64,000 nucleotides of DNA from Raillietiella orientalis (GCA_036172245.1 JAYWIR010000017.1:3348001-3412000), one strand, 5' to 3'; positions 49,480 to 62,600 are shown, counted from the stretch's first letter. Numbers and translations are program-made. The notes: a model not told the origin generated them from the letters alone.

Positions 49480-50600
49480 TTGCATACAAATCTCGCTCTC
49501 TCTCAACAGTTCTATCAGTTTTTGCAAAATTATGTGCTCGCGCACGCACGCACATTCCAGCCCGTGTTTTCTAAGCGCATCGATGTCGGTCTCGAGGAAC
49601 CTCGTACTAAATACACTAAAAATTGCATTTCGTACGCCGCTTTTTTCGATCATCAGTGCTGACTCAGAGGGTACGACCAATGCCTGTGGAGGTTTATTAC
49701 TCAGTAGTTATTCCCAAATCTTGTAACGGATTGCTATTACTATCTACAGATAGACCGTTGCTGTCCACTTAGAGACCATTGCAAGGCATTCCGGCACATC
49801 CACGATCACTGGAGTATGGCAGCGAGGAAATCTGGAAAATCGGAAATTCACGCTTCCCACTTCGTCCAGAATGCCACGAGTCAAGGCATTCCGTTCAGCA
49901 CGCGTGCACCCCAATCGGCTCCCTTAATGTAGGCTCGGGGACTCCTGACTATAGACAGAAGGCTTGTGTGAGGTTACTGTCTTCTATTTTTCCACTGCTT
50001 CCTGGGAAACTCCTCGTGCTTCAGTCCAAAGAAAGGAACGGAGGTTTATAGAGCAGAATCCCCGTCAAACGGATCAAAGCGAATGTTTTTAGATTCCGAC
50101 TGAAATTCAAGAAAAGTGATAGAGCCACGTGGACGATATTCCTACTTTCAAAGCGACTCGGTTTCGATGGCCCAGATCATCTCCCGACTAGTTTTTGATG
50201 AGATTCAGTTTGCTCCGGAGCTGGGATGTGCAGACTCCACACCGAAGCAAAGTGAAAACGAAAGAAGAGAGGAACGACGTGTTTCTCAATTAATTTGAAT
50301 AGCTGACCCATGCCGCGAGGAACGCCTTCCAAAGGAAACGGAAGTGAAATGTAAATAATTCAAAACCAAGACATGAAAACCGTGGATCTCGAGTATGGAA
50401 ACAAAACGTGGACCACAAATAAAATTACTGGTTCTGATCTTGAAAATGGCATGGGATTGAAAGCAACTCTTACATTTTCCCTGGGTGGGAGAAGGAATTT
50501 CTCTATAGAGTGATTCCGGGAATCTGTACGAGCGTTCCGTGGGCGGAGATTCAGAAGCAAAAAAGGATTGCATGATGGCTTGGGTGCACTCCACTTGAAT
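49480..50600 (+). mobile_element. Decayed RTE-like LINE: endonuclease C-terminal end and RT C-terminal region
   Basis: RTFQPVFSKRIDV...FFDHQ (TF...SRID...SDH) at 49480-49662. LEYGNKTWTT (LLYGSETWT), KMAWD*KQLLHFPW (EMWC.RRLL.IPW) and IQKQKRIA*WLG (IKKRRLRWLGH) at 50370-50600. These may be two separate fragments. Confidence 0.45.
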
Positions 50601-53600
50601 GACCACGCTCTTCTTTGATCGCTCAAGCTGCCATTTGCAGGAATTGGTATTTTCTCTTTTTTTTTTTTTTTTTTGGAAGAAGCAATCTGCTGCGCTCGCG
50701 ATGAAACCGAAGCTTCTCTTCGACATCAGATCGAAAGTTCATTCCTTCATCCAGCAGCTGACTGCCGACAGCAATGGCAGTCCTTTCCTCGTTTCACCGT
50801 TTGGTTTCTCTTGAAGAGAGAATTCTTTCCGCGCTGACAAGAAAAATCTTCCACAACCCAGCTATCCGGGGTCTTTAGAAAGGCGATTCGAATAAAAGGG
50901 ATGCAAACGCGCATGCGCTGGTCTTTCACTCATTTACGAAGAGACTGAGAAACGATGGTTGCTCTCGTTAGAAAGGAAGAACTGAAGAAACCGAACGGGA
51001 AAACTCGTCTGAGACGTGTCCTCCAGAGGCGAAGCACCAGAGAAGAGGGGAAGGAAGAAAAAAAAGAAAAGCACGCATCTGGAAAGATGACTAGGCGAGG
51101 AGTCTATTAAAGTGCGTCTTGCTTATCCACGACTTACCAAAGGCTTCTCGTCTCTCGCTGCAGGATGGACTGCAGAGGCACTGTGGCAGAGTTTGCCTCC
51201 GGTTGAAGCCGTGCATCACTCTCCGAGCATGCATTTGCCAGGCAGCCTTTCCTGCAAGCCCCATTTTCGTGGGCTGTCGCACGTGTAGCTGTGCAAATTT
51301 TGAATCGCATTAAAGGAGAGAGAGAAGGCCATCCGTATTTCTAAAGCATTAAGCGGCGAAAGCGTTAAATGAGCCACGCGCATCAGCTTCTCCCTCTCCT
51401 TGGGAGCAGCTCGAAAAGTTTGCGATGGTTTTGGGAGGGCGGCTATTTGGAAGTTTGTAGAGCACAACTTCTGTTCACGGGAACCGGAGCTTATCTGGGA
51501 GGAAGATCGAGAATGTGAGCAGGGAATTCTGAAGCACTGTTCTAACGGCAAATCCAGATGGCAAAGATCAAGCGGTCATGTGGACAGGAGATGACCCTAA
51601 TAAATAATACGAACCGATAATTGCTGTCCGGATCTGTGCAAGAAGAGCAAAAGCTATCATGTGGTGTAAGATGGCATGACCAAGAGTGTTTTGCATGGCA
51701 TTATGTTCCTAAGATCCAAACAAACAAATACTGAGCAGCGATACAAAAGATAATTGAATGTAGAAAGTGTATGTGTTTTTTCGAAACTCGCTATGTTTAT
51801 TACTGTGTTTATCTTGTGTACTTTTAGGTACGGCAGAACGGAGAGCGAGTAAACAAAAAATATGCTGTTGTTGCTGTTCCCTTTGGAAAGGTCGGTACAG
51901 AATTTTCAGGGGATGTTAAAATATTGAAAATTTTCATCCGAGCTCTCTCATTGTATTCAATCTATTTCAAATAAAGGTCCAGTGGAAATTCAATTGTTCT
52001 GTTCATTTGTTCTTTTATTTGTCGTCATTAGACGAAGAAATCTGGAAAAACATCCCTGGTCACTTTTTTTTTCCTTCCTTGTAGCTTGAAGACTCTCTTC
52101 CATCTAGACAAGGAAATCTGTTTGCATGCTTAGTACGTACGTGGCGGGGCTGAGCTCTTCGGATGCTGCTGCTGACTTATATATAAGATTTGTTGCGCAT
52201 TCATGTTTTTTTGGGGGGGAAAGTTTTGCTAAGCGACATTTTGTCATGGACATTTTGTCAAACAGAATGCTTGGGAATACAGAGGGCAACACGTAAATGC
52301 CCTGTTGTAAATTCCAGGTGACCTTTCAGCGACGCAGGGTTACCAATTTTTAAGCATTCTCAAGAGCTCGTTTCTTGAGGACGACTGATGATTTTACTGT
52401 GAAAATCGAAAACCGACAGTCATCACTGCCAAATTAAGGATTGTACAAACGTTGCGCATGCACACTGGATCAATCATTCAGATTAAGTGCATGCGATCGT
52501 CCCGTCGATCATTTTCAATCGATTGCATCTTGTATCACAGCGTTTTATCCGAGGACTGATTTTCCATCTTGCAGCTGATTTCCGCCGTACCTGGGATCGG
52601 AAGTCTGCGGTGCACGTCGGGTGAACACCAATGAGAGATTGAAGCCACCACTTCCGAGTAAATTAAGCATGAAAGCGAATTGCAGCTGCGGTAAACATCA
52701 CCGAAACACCTCGAGAAAAAAAAGAAAAAAAAACACTCCATAAAAAGCTTCAGGGAACACTTTTACCGATTCATTCATTTGCTTCCTTTCTCCGACTTTC
52801 ATGGACATGAATACGTGAGAGCGGTTAACAAATGCTCCTGTGGGTGGGTGGACCAACATCCAATGCTTCTCTTATCTCCACTGTCAACGCTTGCGTTGCA
52901 GCCGAGGAAGATGGAAAACGATGTGATTTTTTTAATAGATGTCGACAGATGATTTCTCAAATAATCATAATCTGCGTTTCCCGAAACCTCTGGTCCTAAA
53001 ATTAAATCGTCGAGATTAAACCACAGCTCTCAACCAAATTTCATCCATTAATTGTTATTATAATGCTCGGAGACAGGATGCTAAATGTCCTTCCGCATTT
53101 GCTTAAATGCTGAATACCCCTTTGGGAGAGCGAGTTCATTAACTTGATTAATATGATAGGAATTCCTCTTTACTGCTACACGAAGTCGCGGAGACGAGCT
53201 CCAGTCGTGATTACACGATGCGCTTTTTCATCTGAAGCAGTACCCAGATCACCTCATGTCGTGATTCTGTAGATAGAGCTATCCAGCAGTTCGGAAAATG
53301 TGATGAGGAGCTGTCTGGCTCGGAGCGAAAATCCTCCACGGTGTGGTGGGGAAGACACGAGATCCCTTCTTTCAAAGGCTGTTTTGCTTCAAGACTTCCT
53401 TCGTTTTCCACCCGGATGAGCCGGGACATTTATTTTCATAAACTTTTTACAGAGAAAACTGTGGTTGGACCAGCGGTATAACCACTCTCCATTTCAAAGA
53501 GACTGCCGGGTCGCACACCGGCACGGTCCACCACAGAAGCAGAGGGGAGAGGAAAAAAAAAGAAAAAGAAAAGATAACAAAAAAATAAAAATAAAGTTTG

Positions 53601-55539
53601 GGGGGGGCGGGAAGGGATCGCATGGGGTCCGTTACATCCTTTGGAGGATGCCGAATTCTGAATATTGGATTCCAGGTGGGGCCATCGCGTCGCCATCCTC
53701 GAAAACCGGACTACGTATTCGCTGGCATCCCTATAGCTGGGTCCTCCCGTCGCGTTGCTCCATGCAACGACGATCCCGCGTAGGCAGCACAGGGCTGCTA
53801 GGGAGGCTGCTGGCGGCAGAGCATCTCGGACGAAGAGGGGTCGCATAGCGTTTCTGGAGTTACCTTCGGGGGTTCCTAGGGCCGCCGCAAAGCCTTCCCA
53901 CAGGGGCCGGAGGGAAGACTCCTTTCGAAGACCTCTTCTGTGTGTGGCAGGCGCGAGGACTTCGAGGCCGATTCTGTTCGGTCGGCATGGTTTCCATTTC
54001 CAGGTGCTTACGGAAACAGCGTTCGCGGGAGCTCATGAAGACATGAGGATGGAGTCACTTCCCGGCACTCTGTTCGAGGAAGTGGGGCTCCTTGGAGGAA
54101 ACTGGTGTTCCGCTTCCATTAGACATCTGAATGTCAGATAGATAATTCAGACTGCGGAGCGTGAACTTCAAGTAGGTGCTTCGATGTGAGGCGAGACAGA
54201 GAGAAGATTGGCGCTTCAGTTTCCAGCTATCGGGGAAATTCAGATCCCCTGGAAGTTTCGCGTGGTTTTCTTCCAGAGGTGGCGAAAGTGCGCTTTGCAA
54301 TCGAAGGCTCCCACCTTTCTGAACATCCCTCATTCGATCATTTGTTTTTGACACTGTTCGCTTTTGATGGATTATGTGATTGGCTCCACGAGCCGGAAAT
54401 TCGCGAATTAAGCGCCATGAAATCCGATGTGATATTTTTTTCCATCTGGAACAGTCAGGCAGGAAATGGACTCGAGTCTTTGAGCTCTGGGGCCTGGCAA
54501 GAAATTTCCGTGTATCCTTGATGGTCAAAGTCCCCAATGCACTGCAAGGTTGATGGTAGCAGTTTAAAAGTTTGATTGCCACTTTGCATCCCAGGAGATT
54601 CCCTGAAGATGGCGGCGTCCCTTTTGGAAGTAACCTCGTCCTTTCCAGAAGGATAAATTAGCAGAGCGCGGCTTTTGTGGAAATGTGCTTCCACGTCCAG
54701 TCATTCGGAAAAACTTCACGTAGCTCTTCCATTGCGGCTACAGATTTCAAGAGATGAATTCAGTGAAGTTCCCGTATGTTCCAGGGTGCTTCCTGGTGAG
54801 TTCATTTCTTTCCCTTCTTTGGGGTTCGCCAAGTGCGAAGGAACCGTTCGCTTTTTTGGAGACCTCACAAATTTCTTCACACACTGTCCACGCTACCCGA
54901 GGGTTCATATCACTCTTCAGTTTAGGGGGTAATCCTGGAGAGACCACCCTATGAATCCAGGAAGGTGTCTAGTGGAAGGAGTCCGTTCCTCTTACGCTTG
55001 GTAGGAGAGCCCCTAAGGGAACCATCTCTTCCTCATTCGCTCCGGAGGGATTCCCTGGTTTGTATGGGCCGCTTCGTTTCTTATTCGAAGGGAACCTGGA
55101 AAGGATCCGCTCCTGGAACTTCTTCTTCGGAGGGCACCTGCATAGGAACAGATCCCTGTCACCTCCTCCTCCGAAGAGAAGGGACGAAGGGACGCTTATT
55201 AAATCTCTCAGAAGGGCGCTCCCTGAAGGGAGCAGAGCGCTTCTGAGAAGAGACGGGAGGGACGAAGGGACGGGAAGGACGAAGGGACGCTTCTTCTCAA
55301 CATTCTGGAGAGGCGACCCCCACCGAGTGGGGAATCAGCCAGATCCACGGCAACGGCTCCACCTTCCCAACCGGAAGGGAACCCAGAAGAAAACGGCTTC
55401 CTTGGTTCCTGGAAAGACCCTGGAGGGTCAACTTTCTATTCCGTTCAGTGGACGGGACATACGGCTTCCGCCAGTGCCACAACCGGAACCTACAGGTCAA
55501 CCCAGCGTCATCCTGTGATGAGAATTCGAATCCCATGAA

Positions 55540-55645
55540 GCACCCATTTCCTCGGCGTCGATCCTTCCCCAGGCAAGATTCGAACCCTCAACGGTCGGTA
55601 CCAGGCGCGGAGGTCGCAGCCACATGGGAGCCAACGCAGATCACG
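55540..55645 (-). mobile_element. tRNA-derived SINE-like head (Pol III A and B boxes)
   Basis: On the minus strand, an A-box-like TGGCTCCCATGTGG (55619-55632) is followed ~33 nt later by a B box GGTTCGAATC (55577-55586). I find no intact cloverleaf, so this is not a tRNA gene. Confidence 0.4.
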
Positions 55646-55659
55646 AGGTCGATTTCCTA

Positions 55660-56070
55660 GGCATACAGTGATACAGAAATCCGGAAAATGATTTCCATCA
55701 TATCATTCGAGGAATCTATCGAAGAGCTCCTGGCTTACCCATGGCTTACCGAAGGCTTCTCATCTTTCGCTGTAGGATGAGCTGCAACGACTTGGTGGCA
55801 AAGTTTGCCTTCAGTTTCTGAGGCTGCATTACCATCTGGTATCCGTTCATTTCTGATTGTCCTCTTACCATGATTATTTGTCCCTAAAGCTGGATTCTCC
55901 TCTTGCTTCGGTCCCAAGAATCGAGACCTCAAGAAATACCCGTGGGCTTGCCAACAGAGGGAGCGTTCGTGAAAGTCGTCAGAGAGGTTTCCCCATACCA
56001 GTTCTAAACGAACAATTCTTGGATGCTGAGGATCGACTTGGTTCGCAAACATTTGGCAGACCGTTGGCTG
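55660..56070 (-). mobile_element. Decayed RTE-like APE endonuclease fragment
   Basis: ILSIQEL..WYG (ILALQE.RW.G), IRNERI...LCHQVVAAHPTAKDE (INERI...TIIQVYAPT) and QELFDR..PDFCITV (QE..DK..GDFNAKV). Confidence 0.4.
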
Positions 56071-58016
56071 AGCTCCGTGCGAGTTTGGTTGCAAAATGCC
56101 CCCAAGGCGACTCCAGTCCTCTGGCTAAGAGGAACGGGAGAGTTGAGGAAACGGAAAGCGAAGCCACCATGATTTCTGGGAATTTCGCAACCATTTTTGG
56201 AAGCATTCCAAGATGAATACTTTTGGCAGCGATGTATTGTAATTTCAAGGCTCCCGCAATATCTTTCAAGTGCATGTAGTAAAGACAGTGATTTATCGGT
56301 GAGCAGCCCAACAAAATATAAGAGCCGCAGTCTAAAGGGATGAACTGACCATGAAATTTTGGCGATTCCTGCTCTGGACAATGGCAGGTCAGGATTTCCT
56401 GGTCGACTCGTTATCTGCACTGCAACCTTTCCTGATTCTCACGTCATCGTTTCAATTTTACAACGGCTCACAGCCTGCGAGCCTTTGTGTCTGGACCACA
56501 GAGAGATCACCTTGAGCGCAGTTTCATCCTGTCCTGCAACACGGGATGTATGTTCGGTACATATCCGGAAACTCTGGATGTCGGAGCATACCATTCTTCT
56601 CTCCATCTTCAAGGGCTTCCAAGAGTCCTACTACCAACAGTACCTCTGAAGCCAACACTCTCCTGGAGAAGAAAAGGAGGAGCATTTACCTTCATTTATT
56701 GTTCTTCCTTTGCCGAACTTCTTCCTGTCACCAAGTTTCTACATGAGCAGGCAACATCGAGTATGGTGGCTCGCTTTTGTTCCGAAGTAGTGGGTTGAAT
56801 CTTATCAGCTTCCATTCACCAACGTTTGGTTTCTCATTATTCATAAAACTGCTCTTCCCATCTAGTGGTCTTGTTAATGGGCATAGCTGATGTATTCAAA
56901 GCTCTTCTTCTTGGTTTCCTTTTTCTGCCTTGATCTCCTATATTTGTCTTAGAGGTCGGGTCTACAAAGAATGCATAGACACTCAAACTAAGGCCGTAAC
57001 GCAAAGAGAATCTCGACGAAGCCTTTTTTCAAGGTGGTCAAATGCAGGATCGCTTGCAGCCATCCTGATTCTGGGGTCATGGTTGATTTTGGTATGTGAC
57101 ATTGCTGAAGTACATAGAGCTCCGTAATAAATGTTTCCGTTAACGAAATAAATCATGTACGGAACCAGTGAGTCGTTTACTCGACTTCTGGATAGCTCTT
57201 CCGCCTTCCCGATCAATGATCGGGAAGAAAGAATTCTGAATGAGCATTCCTCTTCCCCGATGAAATCAGTCTTCACAAGCTGTCAAGTATGCGATGAACA
57301 CCTCTGTGTCCAGATACCTCCTGAGAAAAGCTCCTGAAAGTCTCACCAGTCTGGAGAGTTCAGTTAAATCGCATCATCCAAGATGGCACACATCGAGTCC
57401 TTACTGCAGAATTTGAGAAGTGAGATTGGGTGGTTGGTGTGAAGACCCCAGAAACTTCAACAACCAGAAAATGGTATGGGATTGAAAGCAACTGTTTCCA
57501 GTGCTCTGGAGCATTGCTACTAAGGCCAGTTTTTCCTGTCTCTGTAGAAGTGGTCAGTGAATTTGCTCGAAGCATCGGTAAGGTGCTGCATTTTACTGCA
57601 TACCAAGCATGCTAAAGAGGAGTGCAACAAATGATCGATTGGGGTAAACTGTCATCTCCTCGATTAAAGCTGAAGTGGGCACCAAGAGCATTTATCGGAA
57701 AATCTGCCCATTTTTACCTCGGCTCCAGTTCAAGTCTCGCATTAATTTTTTTCAGATTTCTCAGATCCTCTCTGCTGTCATGGGTTCCATATGATCGAAG
57801 TTATCACGTAATGGATGCCATCTCCTCATCTAACACAAGCAGGCCGGATAGCAGAAAATTTAAATCGGGACCCAAATGGGGAAATCTAAATTCCATGATG
57901 ACCGGATGTGACTTGCTCTAGAGACATCTTTTCCTTGAAAACTTTGTAGTATTGGAAGAACTTTTTCGATTAAGGTCAAAACGCTACCTACCCTTCCATC
58001 GTTCTTTTGAATGACT

Positions 58017-59830
58017 TCCATTGGATATATGGAATATTCGGACGAGAAAATGAAGAGAAAGCTGCAAGAACTAGATTGTTGTGAAGGTAAGAGATAAAAA
58101 TCTGAGAATTCTAATAAAATTGATGCGCAGACAGAATGATCCACGCTCTCAGACTCTCGAGGGAATCCAAAACAATAGGATAATTATAAGGAAGAAGAAA
58201 AGAAAGCGACTGGTATTTAAAGATCACAACGACTTTGGGCGAACTCACTTTAACGTGAACGAGACGTTCACTCATATGGTAATGAAGAAGAACATCTTCA
58301 AGAGAGGGGACTCGACTCTTGAGGCCATTTGATTCATTCGAGACTATGAAGAAGGAAAACAAACAACTAGTGCGTTTTTATATTGGTCTCACCGATGGTG
58401 ACTGCTCTTCCGAGTAAAAAAACAGCAAAGGTTCAAATAAGTTGCCAATTTATTATACTGCACAGCGAGGTCAGCTGACAGTGGCAAGTGGAGCCCGAAA
58501 TTCCGAAAGTCCTAAGAAGCTTGATTCGAAATAAGACGAACGGACAGACAGCAGCAAACGCTGCTGCAAGTGCTGATGTCTCGACAACCGTACCATTGAC
58601 ACGTTACTGTGTTTTTACGTACCAATACTGATTTGTGAATTCGTATAGAAAAAATGGACATGGCAGACTGCAAATGAAATCATCTGTCCGTCGGGATGGA
58701 ACCGTTAATTTCGTCAACCGAAGGCCTTTCAGAAGACTCTCCGTGTATTCATCAGCTCCGGCAATGTCTACAACTTGGGGAAAAGGAAGACCCTTTGTTT
58801 CCTTACTGCTGCCCGATATCATCGGAAAATGTAAATTCTCGCTATCATGAACTGCGGTTGATGCATTCATCTTCCCAAATTCAATTTGCAAGCTCTCGCA
58901 ATGCTTCACAGATGAGTACTATGAATATTCGAGTCTTCAGAAGTCTGCTAGAAAGACAGGTCTGCAGAAGTGGAACAGCCTGAAAACAAAAACAAGCTTG
59001 ATCTTTTTATTCTCGATCTCTTACGAGTCTCCTAAAAATAAAAGAGGGAACAATTAAGAGAAGAAGCCATAGGCATTCGTGTTAAGAGAGAAAAATAAGC
59101 GTGTCTGCGTTGCCAGATGAACCTCATCTCTATGTGTTTGATCTCTTTGTTGTGATGCATACGGTACGGACAGGCGGCACATATGCACGCATTCAAAAAC
59201 AAGAATTACCCACAAGGGCTGTCTGCTCTCCTGCAGAGCCACATTGAGCACATATGATCAAGTACTGAATGAGCACGAATGAGCTATTTCTAAAAGCTTC
59301 AGAGACAAGTACTTACAATTTCAAAGAGCCTTGGACTTCGGAAAACTGATGAGGTCTAGGTTCATGAATCAAGGTGGGGATTCGAATCTGTACCCAAGTG
59401 CAAGAAGGCGTGCTAAAATATGATGAAATGAAAGTCAAGAAAAAAAGCATTACATCTGAGGAAGACTGATTCTTCAAACAAGATTCCATTGCCCATGCCC
59501 TCGAGCAAGGAACAGAACGATAACTATGATCATGATGCTGATCTGATTACAAGAAACAAATTATGTACTGATCCAGTGTGTCATTTATGAAACTTCTTGA
59601 TTGCAGTTCTCGTCTTCATGATCAGTGATCTGGGAGGAAGGATTTGTGTTAATCCATATTCATAACTTCTGCAATGCTCGCCATCAATTGCAGATTTTTT
59701 AGGTACTGCGAGAACATTGCTCCAGCTGGAACAAAAGGCACCTATTTTGCTTGATTCTCTTCTTTCATTGAGACTTCTCCGAGATCACTTGCGATGGAAT
59801 GGGGATCAATTGGAGATTGTGATAAAGGTT
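58017..59830 (+). mobile_element. Decayed, internally deleted RTE-clade LINE
   Basis: IWNIRT..KLQEL (TWNVRT..KL.EL), YGNEEEHLQERG (YSG...H..GV), IHQLRQCLQ at 58747 (IF.LRQI.E), FPNSICKL (IP.K...L), PQG/CLLS at 59210-59231 (QGC.LSP with one extra base), LRKTDEV (LRYADD) and LRWNG at 59789 (LRWFGH). Confidence 0.5.
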
Positions 59831-60299
59831 GAGGTGATGCAAAGAGTTTAACCAATGTTTGTGATTCCTGGTTTCTTTTTTTTTTTTTTTTCATAGATAC
59901 ACTAGCAATTTTCGCATCTTATTCAGAGATTGCAGATCTTTGTCCCTGTAAGCAAACATGGCTCGAATACTTGCTGTCTTAGAAATTTATCTCTCACGGA
60001 TATGAGCTCGAAAAGGTAACTTTCAAGGCTATGCAGTTCTTATATGGTGCCTCTTGTTTCTCAATGATAAAAGCTTCTTTCGAGCCAGTATTTCTAACTG
60101 TCAAAACCTGATATGATGTGTACCATCATGTGAACAATAACAACTTACTGCATCATCCCGAGTACTTCTACCGATCTGCACTCGAAGGTGCATCTTACTG
60201 CGGTATTTATTCAAGAGATCTATTATAGCTCAGTAGTGCATTTAAGAAATCGATAGCCATGGCTAATGAGTTGAATAGTGATAAGGATACATAAGAGAA

Positions 60300-62600
60300 G
60301 TGAGAACTGTAGGACCTCCTAAGTCAATAAGTCAACGAACAGTTTCACCAGATTTTCGTCGGTATCCCGAAAATCTGTGATCTACTTCGGAAGAATCTTT
60401 GTGTTCATTTTAGCCATAGCACTCGATTCTATGATTTCAACACTGATTACCAAGAAGTTTTCCGGTCTCCAGGAAAAGTTTGATTGCTTTACTGCTCCGA
60501 AGTTTCCATAACTACTAAATTCTTCTCTCACCGCTTCGAAGTCATCCATAAAAATTTTGTCCTCCACCACTTTGCTAGTTCTCCAGGATGGATTGCATTA
60601 CTCCATGTCTCTCTGTCCTTTCTATCATCAAGATTTTGAGATCGGCAGCAACGCTCCTACTAGGCAGCAAAACCCACGGGAAAAGGAGCAAACGTAAGCT
60701 GCATCCGAAAACCAAAGATCGAATCACGGACAAGCAAAGTGGTCCTTGTGAATTATGCTGGTGCCACGATGGTTGCCAGGCTGGACCATCCTCATTTGGG
60801 AAACGAAAACGTCAGCAAGTGTCGCCTTGTCCCCACGCTTTGTTATTCTCCGTGACTCGGAGACGCACGCCAAGGCGACTGCTTGTATATTCTCAGATCC
60901 TTCGCTCACTTTCTTGTGCTCTTTCCTCGTTATCAATCTTTTCCTCTAGCATAACAGGAAACAGCTTTCAACTGCTTTGTCATTTATTGCGTGTTGTTTT
61001 AAGGATGGCAACGCTTTCAACTTTTCTTGTTTCGAAATTCAAGCGTTCCACAATCTTCCTTTTGTTTGTTTACTAGCATTTTGATGCTCCTGAGCAACAT
61101 CCTTGATCTTCTTCCTTTCCTTTCCGTCTTTTGTCCTAAAGATACTTGCTGGACTAAAAGAAGGGGAAATAACTCTGATAAACAGCTGAACTTGAAGATC
61201 AAGGACAAGACACAACTCGTAACTACACCCGAGCTTGCTAAGTGTCTCGACTTTCACACCACTGTCCATCGCGCCAGTTTCACACGCACTATCCACCAGT
61301 GCTTCTTTCGAGGGCAAGTCGATGACCTCTCTGAAAGAAAAATGAGGATAAACGAAGGTACGGGGGGAATCGGATCTGTGGTCAGAATGGAAATTGTTTG
61401 CCTCGGAAATCTCCCGTGTGGACTTCGGCGCGCAAAAAATGAGGTTCTCCAAGGAGCGTTCTAACCTTTTTTCTTATGAGCATCATGGTTTCCAGCTCTG
61501 AGAACAACGAATCACAAACTCTTTTTTCCACTCATGGAGACAGAGGGGTCCCAGAAGAACAAGCAATCAATTCGTTCCTATTAGCGGTTTTATGCTGGGA
61601 GCAGAATCATGCGGCAGTCCTGTCGAAACTGTTCGTTTCGACAGCATCCATTCATCCCAACGAGACGAGCTGAAACCCAGTTTTTTTGTGTCGTTGATTT
61701 AGTTGACATTTTTTTTTCCTTTGGTAGGAGTCCCATAGGAAATGTTTCAGGACCCTCACTGTCTTGCTCCTGGAGCACGGATTTTCATTTGGGAAAATCA
61801 CCCGATGCAAGCTTTTAGACAAGGAATTTCTGGAAAAATCCCAAGTCCAATGGGCACTTTTCGTGAGCAACTGGATGGACATATAACTGGATGATAGTTT
61901 CACCTGGATTCTTAGGCTTTGGCATCGTTTCACATGAAAGCTACGAAAACCAGCAATTCGTAAAGATGGTGAACGCTGCCTGGACGACACGAAGTTAAAG
62001 GAAATTGTTGATGGAGCACAGCGGCTCCGACGCGCACAGTAGACCTAAGAACTGGGTGCAGGAGCGAAACGCGAACCGAATCATCCAGTAGCTGGTTCCC
62101 TGCGAAGTGTCCCTCGGGATAACTGGAGCACGCCGAAGCAGAAGGAAAGAGGGGAGTCTCATCCGGTGAAGCGAATGGCTAGAGGCCTTGGGAACGAAAT
62201 GACCTCAGCCTACTCTTGAATTTTAAGCTGTTGACAAGTCCGGTTGGCTTGAACACCGAAGCTCGGACTGCCGGATTCACGAGCGCCACCAGTGGGCGAA
62301 TTCTGGTGAGCAGAACCGAGGGATGAAGGAAACTGTGCGTTACGGCGCCCGCTGCGTCGCTCGTTCAGATCTCACGGATCCTACAGGCGTCGGTTGCTGT
62401 GGGTAGCACGGTCCTGGCAACCGTGGAAGCCAAAGTCCTCCGAAGAGTGCGCAACGACTCACCTGCTGAGGCAACCTGTCCTGGAGACGGGGTGGCGCTG
62501 AACCCAGCCATCGGGCAGAATCGTCTCTGGAAGCGAGTAGGAGGGTCAGGGCACAAGCTCGCTTGGAACTACCATCGCTGCAGATCTTTTGATGGTGGAA
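60300..62600 (-). mobile_element. Decayed RTE-clade LINE (endonuclease to RT start), interrupted by a 28S rRNA fragment
   Basis: GFRSFHVKRCQSLRI and TIIQLYVHP (61878-61898; TIIQVYAPT), LG/DFS (GDFN), QKNWVS (HK.TW.S), FHSDHR (61378-61386; SDH), ELAK.GG (ELLK.GG), PENFLVISV (NYRPISL) and LFVDL. Confidence 0.55.
61959..62502 (+). pseudogene. 28S rRNA gene fragment (degenerate; conserved core region following the D3 expansion segment)
   Basis: Collinear matches to conserved eukaryotic LSU blocks: AAAGATGGTGAAC, CATCcAGTAGCTGGTTCCCTgCGAAGTgTCCCTCgGGATA, ATCCGGTgAAGCGAATGgcTAGAGG, CAGTGGGC...GGTgAGCAGAAC, GGCGCCCG, GAGTGcGcAACgACTCACCTGC and GGTGGCGCTG. Many substitutions and indels fall at invariant positions, and no other rDNA is nearby. 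Confidence 0.92.

Noticed and set aside
54210..54300. GDLNFPDSW (minus strand), resembling the CR1-type endonuclease GDFNFPDIDW
   Set aside because: The flanking YRPP and SDH motifs are absent or wrongly spaced; likely debris but unsupported as a feature.
55176..55295. Three copies of GGACGAAGGGACG
   Set aside because: Short, irregularly spaced local duplications in purine-rich DNA; not a CRISPR-like or regular tandem array.
61959..62502. Functional rRNA gene or R1/R2 insertion site
   Set aside because: Only a fragment, with lesions in invariant helices and no 18S, 5.8S or ITS context. It is not the part of 28S targeted by R1/R2, and the neighbouring element is RTE-like.
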